A DNA stretch of 64,000 nt. Source: Octopus vulgaris. Its lineage: Eukaryota. The stretch is from contig OX597821.1 of the NCBI GenBank assembly GCA_951406725.2, positions 15,252,001 to 15,316,000 on the forward strand, read 5' to 3'. A program made the translations under genes and the position numbers. The notes below the pieces were generated by a model. The model saw nothing but the letters and a program-made list of their open reading frames with translations. It was not told the origin of the DNA and did no database searches. Positions 17,968 through 31,447 of this stretch are shown piece by piece (the stretch's first letter is position 1; each line of letters opens with the position of its first letter).

Positions 17968-18980
17968 ACAAGACCCTCCAGGATTTTCCTGATGTATATC
18001 ACTGCATATCTCTCCCGCATCCGCTCTAGGGAGAAGAGGTTTAATACCTTCAGTCTTTCCCAATAGCTGATATTTTGCATTGAGACGATTTTCTTTGTGT
18101 AGCTTCTCTGAATTGCTTCGAGTTCTGCTGTTAGTTTTATATTGTGTGGTGACCAAAGTTGGGAGCAGTAGTCCAAGCGGCTGAGGACGAATGTTTTCCA
18201 TAGGACCATCAGTGTCTCCTTCTCTCTTGTTCTGAAAGTTCGGAGAATCCATCCAGCTAGCCGTCTGCATTTTATCAACAGATTAGCAATATGCATTTGG
18301 AAAGATGCATCATTGCTCATGTCAATGCCCAGGTCACGCACTGATTTTGACTCAGGGATTGCAATTCTTCCTGGGCCAGTGTATCCAGTCTTCACGTCAT
18401 TTACCTTTTGTGTGCCAGTAGCGCAGGGCCTGGAACTTACCTGCATTAAACTGCATGTTGTTGTCCTCAGCCCACCTGTATATTGTGTCCAGCTCATGTT
18501 GCAGATGCGCAATATTTTCAGGGTTTTGTATTGCGTGGGAGACTTTGTGTCATCTGGAAAATCCTGGAGGGTCTTGTCCCAAACTTTGGCATTCAAAGTT
18601 ACTCCAACCGCAGAACGGGGCGCCACTGCATGGTACCAAGGATTCCAATATCACCATCAAAATACAGGTCCAGATACTGCAACAGCTTGGGTTTCAGAGG
18701 ACCACAGCTCTTTAACATCCTCCCTAAATGCCTGAGAGACTTACATGGTGTGGATGTCGGTTTCTTTAAAACTAAACTGGATCTCTTCTTGTTGGGAGTC
18801 CCAGATGAACCTACCTCACGGCAGGAGACGCGGATGCGAGCAGCAGCATCGAACTCCCTTGTTGATCAAGTGCCACGTATCAGAGGTGGATTCACAAATT
18901 AGTGTAGCTCATTAGGCGGTGGTGCCCCAGCATGGCCGCGGCCTTCGGGCTATAACATTTTTAAGGATTTAAGGATTTTA
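17968..18980. mobile_element. 5'-truncated, 5'-inverted CR1-type LINE (RT C-terminus + 3' UTR)
   Basis: Minus 18556-17968: DDTK..W..NNMQFN, VRDLGI, SRLDYCSQLWSP, YWERLKVLNLFSLE..RER. Plus 18551-18902: IWKILEGLVPN..GPQLFNILP..FKTKLDLFL..VPDEP. Tail repeat TTTAAGGA. Confidence 0.9.
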
Positions 18981-20230
<1,250 letters not shown>

Positions 20231-23200
20231 ATGTATATAGACACACATAATCATACATATACATAGGGAGACATGGATTCACATTCTTGTAGAAGCACAC
20301 ACATACAAGTCTATATCGAACACACAATTATTGTTTGTAACTTTATATGCGTATATACTGTACTGTCTGTGTAAAAATAGAACATTCTGTAAACCTCAAT
20401 CTATGACGTGATGGAACCTAGATAAAATAATTATGCTGCTTCGCATCGAAACACCTTAGCCTCAACATTGAAAGTAGAAATATGATATGATTGAACGATC
20501 TATTAATGATGCTGCATATAATGTTCACCAATACATATGGTTTCATTTTTATACATCTTTGATTTTCATTTTACTTGCTTTGTTTATACTACTGATTCTT
20601 CATCATAAAAGCTTTTGTGAACACCAAAAATGAGTAGTTATTACCTTTTCTTTGCTCACACTTTTGAATTAGTAATTCATATTCCAATCAATACCTGAAC
20701 CTGCTATACGTGCTACAGTACTTCAAATGTGAAAATGACAATTACAGTGAGTTAATTTCTGCTGTATGTTTCCGTGACAGCTGTATGGAGAAATTAGAAA
20801 ATATTCAAGCATAACTCCTGCCGATCATAGCTACGGGCGTTAATTTTTACCAATAACGTGGAACAGATAGGCTTTGCTTTGTTGTTTCTTTAATTCTTTA
20901 CGTAATTGCAATACTTTGCGACATATCCGGTTTTCTTCTATCCAGTCCTTTTTCGTGAGACCTCCTACAGATTTGACCGAATATACAAGTATTATAAATC
21001 GTTTCTATTACTCTAAACAAAGGAAATTACTAACAGAGATAATATTGCTCCTGATGTGAGCTCAAAATGAACTTCTATTTGGAGCAGATTTCCTTGAACA
21101 GTTTTAGGAAACGACACATCCATCAATATTTGACAGTCAGTCTATGTTGTACGCTTTAGAGATTGTGTATTAATTAGACACGTGTTCAATTGAGCAGAAT
21201 TGCGATTGGTAAATTTTAATTGAAAATTTTAGTACACGATTATTTAAGGTTAAGTAAATTAGATTTCTTCTAGTGGGAAAATCTATGACTTTAGCTACAC
21301 AGTGGATTAATTGTTGCTGCTATGTCAATTTTATGTTGGATTAAAACTAGGTGGAGTTTTATAGAAACTGTATTGCAGACATGAATGGTGGTTTCATTTC
21401 GTCTTAATTCCCTTTTCAAGCAATTTCTTAGTAATTTTACTTTATAAGGATTACTGGATTAAAATACTAAATCCATGGGCTTTATTGTTTACAAATTTTA
21501 TAATATTTATTCCATGATTGTGTGCGTAAATTGCTTTTTATGCGTTTCATGAATCAATTCACACTTTAGAAATTTAGATATTTGTATAATCCATTACGAC
21601 AATAACATATTCAGTCAAAACTATGAAGATCTGCTGCTCTGAATATTAATGTCCAGAATACTTGGGGACATAAAGTCTTTGTTACTGACATGCTTTTCAT
21701 ATATTTCCTATCAGATAACTATCAGATAACATGGTACTCCTATGGAAAAATCAAATTTTACATCATATGCTCATATACGTTTTGAAATATATTAACTTGA
21801 GAGGAAAACTATAAAGCGTAGAAGCCATTTATTAATTGAGTAGTCCCATACGATCAATGAATTGTCTGACATAAACGTATAATTAAATATATAAAAAATT
21901 ATTATTTAGTATCCAACATATATATCTTGGTTTAACGTTTGCATTCATTCATGTTTTCATCAATACTGAATTAAGTGTGCATGCGAAAATATTTTTTTGA
22001 AACTTTTTCTCTGGAAAAATATTCTACATTTATTATTTGCCACTATGTTCGCTATATTTTTGAGAGAAACATCTCTCTATATCTTATTAATTCTTTTGTG
22101 GAACGGAATAACCGATTTCCTAATTATTAGAGCAATGGACACAAATTTAGATTATTCAACAGATACTTGCAATTTATCTATATTTTATTTTGTTTTATTA
22201 TTTTATTGTGGTTTATGTTTTCAAAACGCATTCATGGATTTAACGGAGCAGTAATCAGAGAATATTCACATATTTTAGACATATGAATCTTGAATTTAAA
22301 TTGATGTATTGATTGCACTGTTAAATTAAATGGCGTTGCAGGAAACGATCGTACTGAATTACCTTTGGATATCCCTGTTGCTTATTTTGATTTTAATCAT
22401 CTTACTTTGAAATTGTATGAATATACCATACTAAATTCTCGTGCCTCAACTTAAGTACCATATTTATTTGAATCTAAATTTTTGCTGAACTCATCTTCAT
22501 TTATGAATAGAAATACTTTAGAAGCGCTATATAAATATCTCGTGAGCTGTATCAACTAAACAGTTGTATAAATGTAGCTATATATTTTCGTGGTTGCACT
22601 TAAATTCTGTACCGTATGGGACAAATAACTTACATTTATTATGAGTATTTATAGAAATCCAAATATTTATAACTATCAACATCATCTTATGTTAATTTAC
22701 ATATTAATAACAAACACCACTCCTAAAATTTTAATTTGAGCACCGGATACATTTCCAAAGTCTCAATTCTCTTGGTCATAATTTGGAATCTTGTATGCGA
22801 AATAGTTATGCGAGTCCCTGACTCTTTCCTCAAACAAGATAACGCAGAGAGTTTCATTATTATTTCGCATGCAAGATTTCAAATCACCCTCCTCCAAACC
22901 ATTGATGACCCAGGAAATACAAGGTAGCTTCTTTGATTACCCATTCAATATGAATGTCGTGACTAATGTAACCAGGAAATGTCTGTTTCCAATGAAGTAT
23001 TTCTCATCGACATACAGTAACAACAAATTCTGCACCGCCACCTAAAGACAGCTATTTCCCCTTGGATGAAATCTGACACTGCAACTGAAAACATTTATCG
23101 GGATATATTCCTCCGCAACAGACATACTGCAACTGAAACAAATCCTCTACATCCCCTCAAGTTAGTTATATACTGACCATTTATACTACTCCACACCTTA

Positions 23201-23339
23201 AAAAAAGGCATTACATGGCCTTTAAATAAATTCAAACGCCGACATTATCGATTTAGTAAAGTGCAGAATAACTGTTTTTGTTGCCCCCAAGATCAGACTC
23301 CGTATTTTACAACACAGATAACAAACCTGCATTGCCAAA

Positions 23340-23815
23340 TGGGAATAAGCTAAATGGTGAGCTGTCGATACAATTCTTTATCTGCAGAATAGATATTACT
23401 TGACTGAGCTTTTGCAATGGAATTGACGAAACCATTACCCATATTCTAAAAGAATTACTTCGACTTGTCCCAAACCAATATCAATTGAGGCAACATGATG
23501 AGGTAGCAAAAGTTCTGTATTTCACAGCTGAGTGAAATGGAGTTGATGAGAGGCAAGATTTGGTACTAACACAAATCAGAGGAAATGGTTATGTCGGAGA
23601 CTTGCAAATTCCTGTGGTATTTCGCAGTCGAAAGGGATCAGGTACTTAAGAACAAGCCGGACCTAGCAATGGTATACAAGGTAAACTACACATGCTCTAT
23701 AATTGACGTTGCCTGACCCTTTGACACACAATTAGTTAAGTAGAAAAAAAAGGAGAAAAATAAAACGCTTACACAATCTTCTTAAATACAAGGTAGACCA
23801 TCGATTGGAAATTTC
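23340..23815 (+). pseudogene. Second R4/Dong-like fragment (zinc knuckle remnant + REL endonuclease)
   Basis: Hand translation: CNGIDETITHIL..RQHDEVAKVLY..ETCKFLWYF..NKPDLAMV..SIIDVA*PFD; ends next to (AAT)n. Confidence 0.7.
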
Positions 23816-23827
23816 GGGAGAGCATCA

Positions 23828-23862
<35 letters not shown>

Positions 23863-23872
23863 TAAAAATAAT

Positions 23873-23937
<65 letters not shown>

Positions 23938-23962
23938 GGAGAAGAAGAAGAAGAAGAAGAAG
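23828..23962. repeat. (AAT)n + (AGA)n microsatellite
   Basis: Direct reading. Confidence 0.95.
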
Positions 23963-23974
23963 AGTAGTCATGAT

Positions 23975-24198
23975 GGGTATACTGAGGGGCTAAACACAGA
24001 GGGGACGAACAAGGACAGACACACGGATTAAGACAATTATATCGACCTCAGTGCGTAACTGGTACTTTTTTAATCGACCCCGAAAGGATGAAAGGCAAAG
24101 TCAACTTCAGCGGAATTTGAACTCAGAACGTAACGGCAGATGAAATACGACTACGCATTTTGCCCGGCGGTGCTAACGTTTCTGCCAGCTCGCCGCCT
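23975..24198 (-). mobile_element. SINE family A
   Basis: Reverse complement of 2498-2710. Confidence 0.9.
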
Positions 24199-24539
24199 AA
24201 TAATAATAATAATAATAATAATAGTAGTAGTAAAAATAATGACTATTTTAAATACTATTTTGAATGAACAAAATGGCAACTGCGTCGGACAAAATCATTT
24301 GCAGGATTAGCGATATTTCCTCCGGCACTTAATATCTTGAGTTTATATCAACAAAAATAAACATCCTTCATGTACTGAGATCGATAGAAATCAGCGTTGT
24401 ATTCCCTCAAAACTTTCTGGCTCAGCCTATTTTAAGGAAGCTAGTATTATTGCTACTGCTACTGCCACTAACATTGCAACAACAACAATAACTACTACTA
24501 CCACTGCTGCTGTAACTGATGATGATGATGATGATAATA

Positions 24540-24822
24540 ACAATTATTATTATTACTAATTATTATTAATATTATTATTATTATTACTAATTATTATTAT
24601 TATTACTAATCATTATTATTATCATTGTTATTATTACTTATTATTATTAATACTAATTATTATTATTATTATTATTACTAATTATTATTATTATTATTAT
24701 TATTACTAATTATTATTATTATTATTACTAATTATTATTATTATTATTATTACTAATTATTATTATTATTATTATTATTACTAATTATTATTACTATTAT
24801 TATTATTACTAATTATTATTAC

Positions 24823-24898
<76 letters not shown>
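24540..24898. repeat. (ATT)n array with periodic ACTAATT interruptions, then (AGT)n
   Basis: Direct reading. Confidence 0.95.
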
Positions 24899-25545
24899 TG
24901 CTTTTATTACTGATGGTGATGTTATTTTTCTTCTTGCCATAAGAAATGCAATTATTAGAAAATTACAGAAATATAAAACGACAAAAACAAAAACAAAATA
25001 TGTATGGATGTCTTCTTCAGGGTAAAGTAAACGAAATTAGCACAGCAATGAATGAAACTGCATGGCTGAAAGCACGAATTCAAATATACAAGATGTTTAC
25101 TTCTTGAGTTTCTACTGCACATACTTTCCCCACCTGTTCTACTCTGTAACATTCTCCCATCTCATTGAAAAAAAAAATCTATGCGCCAATGGAATTATCG
25201 TTAACATAGTATGAATACACATACATATGTAAACATCTACGTTTGACTCAGTCATGGAAATAGGTAATCGCACGAATGAAAGAAGCCAAACATACGCACA
25301 CGCATGCGCACAGAAACATATATGCGTAGGTGTGGCCGTGTGGTAATAAGCTTGCTTTCCAATCACATGTTTGTGTTGTGTGTGTATGTGTGCGTGTGTT
25401 TTCGTCTTTCTACACATAACGGCTTTACACTATTAGCTTAAGCCCTCGTAACTTAACGATTCAGGAATATGGCGTCAGACAATATGTACCAGTCTTTCAA
25501 AAGTAAGTACTACTACTGATTGGTTTGACGGAAGCATTCAGGTAA

Positions 25546-25946
25546 TCTTTATATATAAAAGTAAGGTTGTGTGCTGTCTGTCTCCTACGATTTAGATTCC
25601 TAACTGCTCCCACATTTTGCGGTGCAGTTTAACCAAAACCGGATATCTTATAGTCGTGATTCATATCGATCCCTTCTGTGTATTAGCGCGCGTCTACGAT
25701 GAGTCTACGATTTAAAAAAAAATTTACGATTATTTTTTTCCCATTTTTAATGCATTTTTGGCATATATAAGGAAAGTAACTCTCTAAAAATTTATTATTA
25801 AATCTCAGAACGTAAAAAGCTACAGTAACACCACCACCCCCTTTGTGGTTAGCCATATTGAGATGGCTATTATACTTTACATCTCTAAAAATGCTTATAT
25901 AGTTATTTCCCTTACAAACTCGAGCAACGCCGGGCGATACTGCTAG
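25546..25946 (+). mobile_element. Non-autonomous Helitron
   Basis: A|TCTTTATATATAAAA start; subterminal hairpin ctcgagcaacgccggg; CTAG|T end; no TSD. Confidence 0.85.
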
Positions 25947-26453
25947 TGACCTACAAAAGACTGTCGTCCGTCGCCTGACAGGAATATAAAAACCGAAGTG
26001 TTCTCACATTATCGTATTGTATTTGCTTTGTGACGCTTCACTTCTCATTGGATGCAATATATTTCAGTTCCTTGTTCGTTGGAAGGATTTGATATGTGTG
26101 TGTCCGTATTTATTGGAATATATACGCGCTTGAATATGTCTGTGTTGAACTGAGAATTTCGTTGTAAACGCTTCCGTGTCTGTTACACCATGAATATATG
26201 TGTGTGTGTGCGTGTGTGTGTGTATACTTGTATACGTTTGTGTATGTCTGTACATGTACCTTTGCGCGGCAGTATTTAATTGCTCTTGCATAAATATGGC
26301 AAAATACGCATATGCATACACAGAAAAATTCACAAATATCAACATTCGATCACATTGTTGTTCCTCTAGGCGTTGCACGTTAAAATGGCAGAGGTGTTTA
26401 TTCAGATTAATGTAGTGACTGCATGTTCAGCGCGTGTGAAGTGTAGAACGTGA

Positions 26454-26467
26454 GTTGCCATAGTAAC
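26454..26467. promoter_or_regulatory. Candidate RFX X-box
   Basis: GTTGCCATAGTAAC matches GTHNYYATRRNAAC, in unique sequence. Confidence 0.25.
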
Positions 26468-26846
26468 TGCTATTGACGTATTTCAGAGAGAAAAGTAATT
26501 CTTTAGCACAGGTTTAAAAACAATCTTTGAAAATACTTTCAACGGAAATATCTTCCATATTATTTTCTTTTCCAAATTTTTTTTCTTCTGTGTGTTAATT
26601 AGTAGTGATATTTTTTTCTGAATATATGATGTATGTAATCCTTTTAAAGAAACGGGCGTCGATTGATTAGTTATTGATACATAACCTAGATTATAAGGAT
26701 CACACCAAAATGAATTCTCGATTTAAAGTATTCACCTGCGTCTATTGTGAGAGAATGTCTCACCCAAGTACAGTCGCTCACAATTACGGAGGATAGAGTC
26801 TATTTCAGATTAAAGCGGTTATCTTTCAAATTTGCTTGACTAATAT

Positions 26847-27064
26847 ATTTCTTTACTACCCACAAGGGGCTAAACACAGAGGAGACAAACAAGGACAGAC
26901 AAACGGATTAAGTTGATTACATCGACCCCAGTGCGTAACTGGTACTTAATTTATCGACCCCGGAAGGATGAAAGGCAAAGTCGACCTCGGCGGAATTTGA
27001 ACTCGGAACGTAACGGCAACGCATTTCGCCCGGCGTGCTAACGTTTCTGCCAGCTCGCCGCCCT
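26847..27064 (-). mobile_element. SINE family A with 16-bp TSD
   Basis: TSD tttg(c/t)ttgactaatat at 26831-26846 and 27065-27080. Confidence 0.92.
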
Positions 27065-27529
27065 TTTGTTTGACTAATATGCTGCAAAGACATACGCATG
27101 AGAAGCTATGGAATCATTACTGCAATCAGCTAAGGTATAGAGAATTTGATGAGATTCATTAGCCTTGACAGCACGATGGGAGAGTGGTATGCGTAAGGTA
27201 GAATAACTTGATGTAGTGAATACAAATATAAAAATAATAGTGGCAGAAAAACTTGATTGCAGTAAAGTGTTCTTGAGCAATGATATGAGCATGGAAATAA
27301 GGTAAATTAGTTATCCAAATTATTTCGAATTAATTGCTAAATTCTAAATACGAAGAGACCGCTGCAGGTTTGCCTTAGCAACAAAAATATCCAGGAGAAT
27401 ATATGGTGGTTAAAAATTAAAAATACATTCTAGATTGACAACATTTATTGAGGAAATAAAGAAAGACATTCACGAGCTACAGTTATAATTTATAATGGAA
27501 CTGGTATTTGTCATATTTGAATACCCAGA

Positions 27530-27693
27530 ACATGGTGCTGACGAGGCTGTGTAGTAAGAAGGTTGCTTCCGAAACACATGATGTCGGGTTCAGTCACTGC
27601 GTAACACCTTGGGCAAGTGTCTTCTACTATAGCCTCGGGCCGACCAAAGCATTGTGAGTGGATTTGGTAGACGGAAACAGAAAGAAGCTCGTC

Positions 27694-27757
<64 letters not shown>

Positions 27758-28090
27758 ATCTATATGGTGTTAACCATACGACACCATATAGATTTCTGGT
27801 ACATCCAAGTTAAGTACCATATTCATGTGAATTCAATAGAACTCACTTGAATCTTAATTGCTTATACCGTATATATATATATATATTTGTGATTGTGCTA
27901 GTCTTTGTTCCCCACCAACATCGCTTAAAAACCGATGATGTTTTGTTTACGTTCACGTAACTTAGCGGTTCGGCAATAGAGGCCAATAGAATAAATACTA
28001 GGCTAACAAAGGAAAAGTTCGATTAAAAGCATTGAATGAGGTTTCTCCAGCTTGACCGCAGTGAAAATGACTGAAAAACGTAAAAGAATA
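27530..28090 (+). mobile_element. SINE family B with a nested insert in its internal (TA)n
   Basis: Head, CORE-like ccttgggcaagtgtctt and tail are all present. Confidence 0.85.
27753..27869. mobile_element. Short insert with a perfect 18-bp hairpin, flanked by TA
   Basis: 27753-27770 pairs with 27781-27798; remainder resembles 22448-22480 and the taccgta end near 22610. Confidence 0.55.
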
Positions 28091-28441
28091 GCGTTGTGAA
28101 TCATTCTTTAATACATCAATACGGCGACGGCAAGGGTCAGCACTTTATATGCTATCGGTATATCTGAAATTTATGATGGTAGGAGATCCTGCTGTAAACA
28201 GTTATAGAGATACATTCCATTTCATGCTCCAGCCATGATATCATATTATCTGTTCAGGAATCGAACAGCCAGAGGAACGAAACTAACTCATCCCTGTATC
28301 TGAAAAGACACATGGATTATTTTGCAAGAGGGCAATTACATTTCGCTTTCTTCAATGCCTGAAGTAAAATCTTTTGATGACCACAAAAAGGAACTTATGT
28401 GTAACAAATTATTTATACTTGACGGATATTGTTTGTTGTTA

Positions 28442-28485
28442 ACACAACGTTTGGGCTGATATACCCTCCAGCCTTCAGCAGGTGT
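28442..28485 (-). ncRNA. Minimal type I hammerhead motif, copy 1 (two core mutations)
   Basis: acac CTGCTGA a ggctg-gagggtatat-cagcc CAAA cg TT gtgt. Confidence 0.8.
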
Positions 28486-28570
28486 CTTGGGGAAAATTCG
28501 AACCGGGGTTCTCATTCCTAAGGTACTTTCACGACGTTGTAGTTGTTGTTCGTCCTCTTATTATTATTAA

Positions 28571-28642
28571 GTTCACTGCCTGGAATCGAACTCGGAATCT
28601 TGAGTTAGTATCAAGCGCTTTTAACCACTACGCCATATGTCC
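28571..28642 (-). pseudogene. tRNA-like sequence (Pol III A/B boxes) within a Penelope terminal repeat
   Basis: 72 nt; A box TGGCGTAGTGG; anticodon-like arm cttga-tactaac-tcaag; B box GAGTTCGATTCC. Confidence 0.8.
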
Positions 28643-28905
28643 GTGGGCAATTATGGAGTGAATTTTAGGGCTTATAAATCTAATATTTTTCTATCCTTCC
28701 TTAATACCGGTTCACATATGCTATTCATATCTACACTCGGTCTGCTTAGGAGGTTGTTGTCTCCTAACATATGTGCTGCTTCTTTTAATTTTCGTATTTT
28801 CCAAGTGGTGTTCTCTGTCTATCATTTTAACTTCATCCTACAGGGGGAGGTGGTCTTCATTTTCCATGCATGATCAGCTCTACTCGATCTATCAATATTA
28901 TTATT

Positions 28906-28947
28906 ATTCAGCCAGTGACCTGAATAATAATAATAATAATAATAATG

Positions 28948-29011
<64 letters not shown>

Positions 29012-29170
29012 CAACATCGAAAAATACCTTAGGAATGAGAACCCAGGTTCGAAGTTTCCCCAAGACACCTTATGAAGGCTGGAGGGCATAGCAGCCGAAA
29101 CGATGTGTTAACAACAGACAAGATGAGGACAAATATCCGTCACAATTAAATAATGTACATGATTCCATAT
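28906..29170 (+). mobile_element. Inverted partial pLTR of the same Penelope insertion
   Basis: cagtgacctg(aat)n...ccttaggaatgagaacccaggttcg...; inverted homolog of 28400-28580. Confidence 0.85.
29065..29108 (+). ncRNA. Minimal type I hammerhead motif, copy 2
   Basis: acac CTTATGA a ggctg-gagggcatag-cagcc GAAA cg AT gtgt. Confidence 0.8.
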
Positions 29171-30259
29171 CTCTTAAATGTAGAACTGTATTATGCGTAA
29201 CCTTCCTGTCGAGGTGATGATGAGAATAGATGAAAGTGGTGCCTTCCACCACTGCGTAGATTTTTCATAGCATAATGTGTCGTTGTTGAAAATATCTCCT
29301 TCATAACACTTAAAGCTCACATCTTATTTTGGCTTCTATATCCCAGAATATAGCTGCTTCGTCATCCCTTGTAACATTTATGTTGCATGTTCATCACATC
29401 ACATTTTTCTCCTAACTCCACGAAGCTTAATTGAAGCGTCGCTTATTATTTTGAATCATCATCATCATCGTCATCATCCTCATCATCAACATAGTCGTCT
29501 TCGTCATCGTCACCATCATCATCATCATCATCATCACCACCACCCTCACCATCGCTGCCGCCTTCATCATCATGATCGGTGTATGTCGATCTTGTTTCTT
29601 GGAATTTTCTGACTGAGTGACACGGCTCAATGAAAGAGTCTTTTCGAATAATGACTAGATGTATTCTGCCTCTCCTCTGTCCTTCTCTATAACTCCAATG
29701 CCACTCAATTATTTCAATAGCGCATTCAGAAATGATTCCAACAGTTCTAATGTTATAATAGCTACTTTCAATAGCATGTTCATGTTTTCTCATCTAATTC
29801 GCAGGTCTCATTTTCTAAGACTAATCTTTTCCTTGTTTTAGGCCGACTCTGCAATTATGCAAATCAACTAAATTTAATTTATGTTATTGCGCAGTTGACA
29901 AACACGATATGCTCATGTGAACCAGCAAGTGTGTGTGTGAATGTGTGTGCGTTTGTATGTGAGTATCTGCGTTTGTTTTATAAATATTTAGTGTATATTT
30001 TTTGGATAAATTCTACATTCTTTGAGTCAGAGATAGAATAACTATCTAATAAAACACCATTGTTAAAAGCAAGTGTTAGTTCATACATTTTTAACCCCAC
30101 AAATATATGCAGGTTTTGGTAATTCTGCAATAGACAGAACTGTTGGGAGTTGTTGTATAAGATCATAAATGTTTATGGGGTATTAATGTTCTGATATAAT
30201 CATTCCTTAATAGAGTACTATATTGAAGAGATGAGAAGTTACGTACATTATCTACATAA

Positions 30260-30308
30260 TAACCCCAAGATTCCGAGTACGATTCCAAGCAGTGATCTGA
30301 ACAACAAC

Positions 30309-30346
<38 letters not shown>

Positions 30347-30500
30347 GATCGAAAATACCTTAGAAATGAGAACCCAGGATCGAAATTTCCCCAAGGCACC
30401 TGAAGAAAGCTGGCGGGTATATCAGCCGCAACTTGGAGTTAACAACAAGCAAGATGAGGACAGATATCCGTAAAATGTAAATGATGTAACAATTCCTTAT
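30260..30500 (+). mobile_element. Third copy of the tRNA-(AAT)n-hammerhead terminal repeat, 5'-truncated inside the tRNA part
   Basis: taaccccaagattccgagtacgattcc...(aat)n...; hammerhead 30396-30439 gcac CTGAAGA a agctg..cagcc GCAA. Confidence 0.85.
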
Positions 30501-30616
30501 TGTACAAAAAGAGCAATCGCCTATTCAATTAGAGGAACATGCTAAAATGTTTTGTTGCGTAAAAGATTGTACTTTCACACACATGCGTGCACATATATGT
30601 CAGTACGTGTGCATAT

Positions 30617-31017
30617 AGGCGCAGGAGTAGTTGTGTGGTAAGTAGTTTACTTACCAACCACATGGTTCCAGGTTCAGCCCCACTGCGTGGCACCTTGAGC
30701 AAGTGTCTTCTACTATAGATTCGGGCCAACCAAAGCCTTGTGAGTGGATTTGGTGGACGGGAGCTGAAAGAAGCAGGTCGCATATATGTATATGTATGTG
30801 TGTGCGTTTGTGTGTATGTGTTTGTCCTTCCAACATCGCTTGACAACCGATGTTCGTGTTTTTACGACCCCGTAACTTAGCGGTTCGGCAAAAGAGACCG
30901 ATAGAATAAGTACTAGGCTTACAAAGAATAAGTCCTGGGGTCAATTTGCTTGACTAAAGGCGGTGCTGCAGCATGGCCGCAGTCAAATGACTGAAACAAG
31001 TAAAAGGGTAAAAGAGT
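30617..31017 (+). mobile_element. SINE family B, full length (tRNA head, CORE-like segment, internal microsatellite, LINE-like tail)
   Basis: aggcgcaggagt...ggttcag...ccttgagcaagtgtctt...agtcaaatgactgaaac(aagagta)n. Confidence 0.92.
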
Positions 31018-31048
31018 ATATTTATGTATATGTTTGAATGTGTCTGTT

Positions 31049-31135
<87 letters not shown>

Positions 31136-31137
<2 letters not shown>

Positions 31138-31447
31138 AGACGCAATGGCCCAGTGGTTTAGGGCAGCGGACTCGCGGTTGTTGGATCGCGGTTTCGATAC
31201 CCAGACCGGGCGTTGTGAATGTTTATTGAGTGAAAACACCTAAAGCTCCACGAGGCTTCGGCAGAGGGTGGTGGCGATCCCTGCTTTACTTTTTCGCCAC
31301 AACTTTCTCTCACTCTTTCTTCTGTTGGCCTGCTCGTTTAGCCAGCGGGGTGGCGTCGTTTGAAGGCTAAAACAATGCGAAGCGCATTGTGACTAGCAAT
31401 GTGTAGCAACATCTGATAGCCTGGTCGGTCACGGTGATCACGGTGAT
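31136..31447 (+). mobile_element. tRNA-derived SINE family C, tail type 1
   Basis: A box tggcccagtgg; B box gtttcgatacc; ends (cacggtgat)2. Confidence 0.85.

Larger units (their letters stand above)
28400..28895 (-). mobile_element. 3' end of a Penelope element: GIY-YIG C-terminus, tRNA-like segment, (AAT)n, hammerhead
   Basis: Minus translation ADHAWK..HLPL*DEVKMIDRE..WKIRKLKEAAHML..NLLSRPSVDMN; followed by the features listed next. Confidence 0.85.

Noticed and set aside
22730-23180. Possible inverted RT remnant upstream of the R4-like fragment
   Set aside because: Motifs too decayed to call by eye
28599-28615. CUA amber-suppressor anticodon or TACTAAC branch point in the tRNA-like unit
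   Set aside because: Acceptor and T stems are poorly paired, and the copy at 30260 differs in this arm; not a functional tRNA
29446-29793. Acidic ORF ending in poly-Asp
   Set aside because: Driven by (ATC)n microsatellite; no recognisable domain
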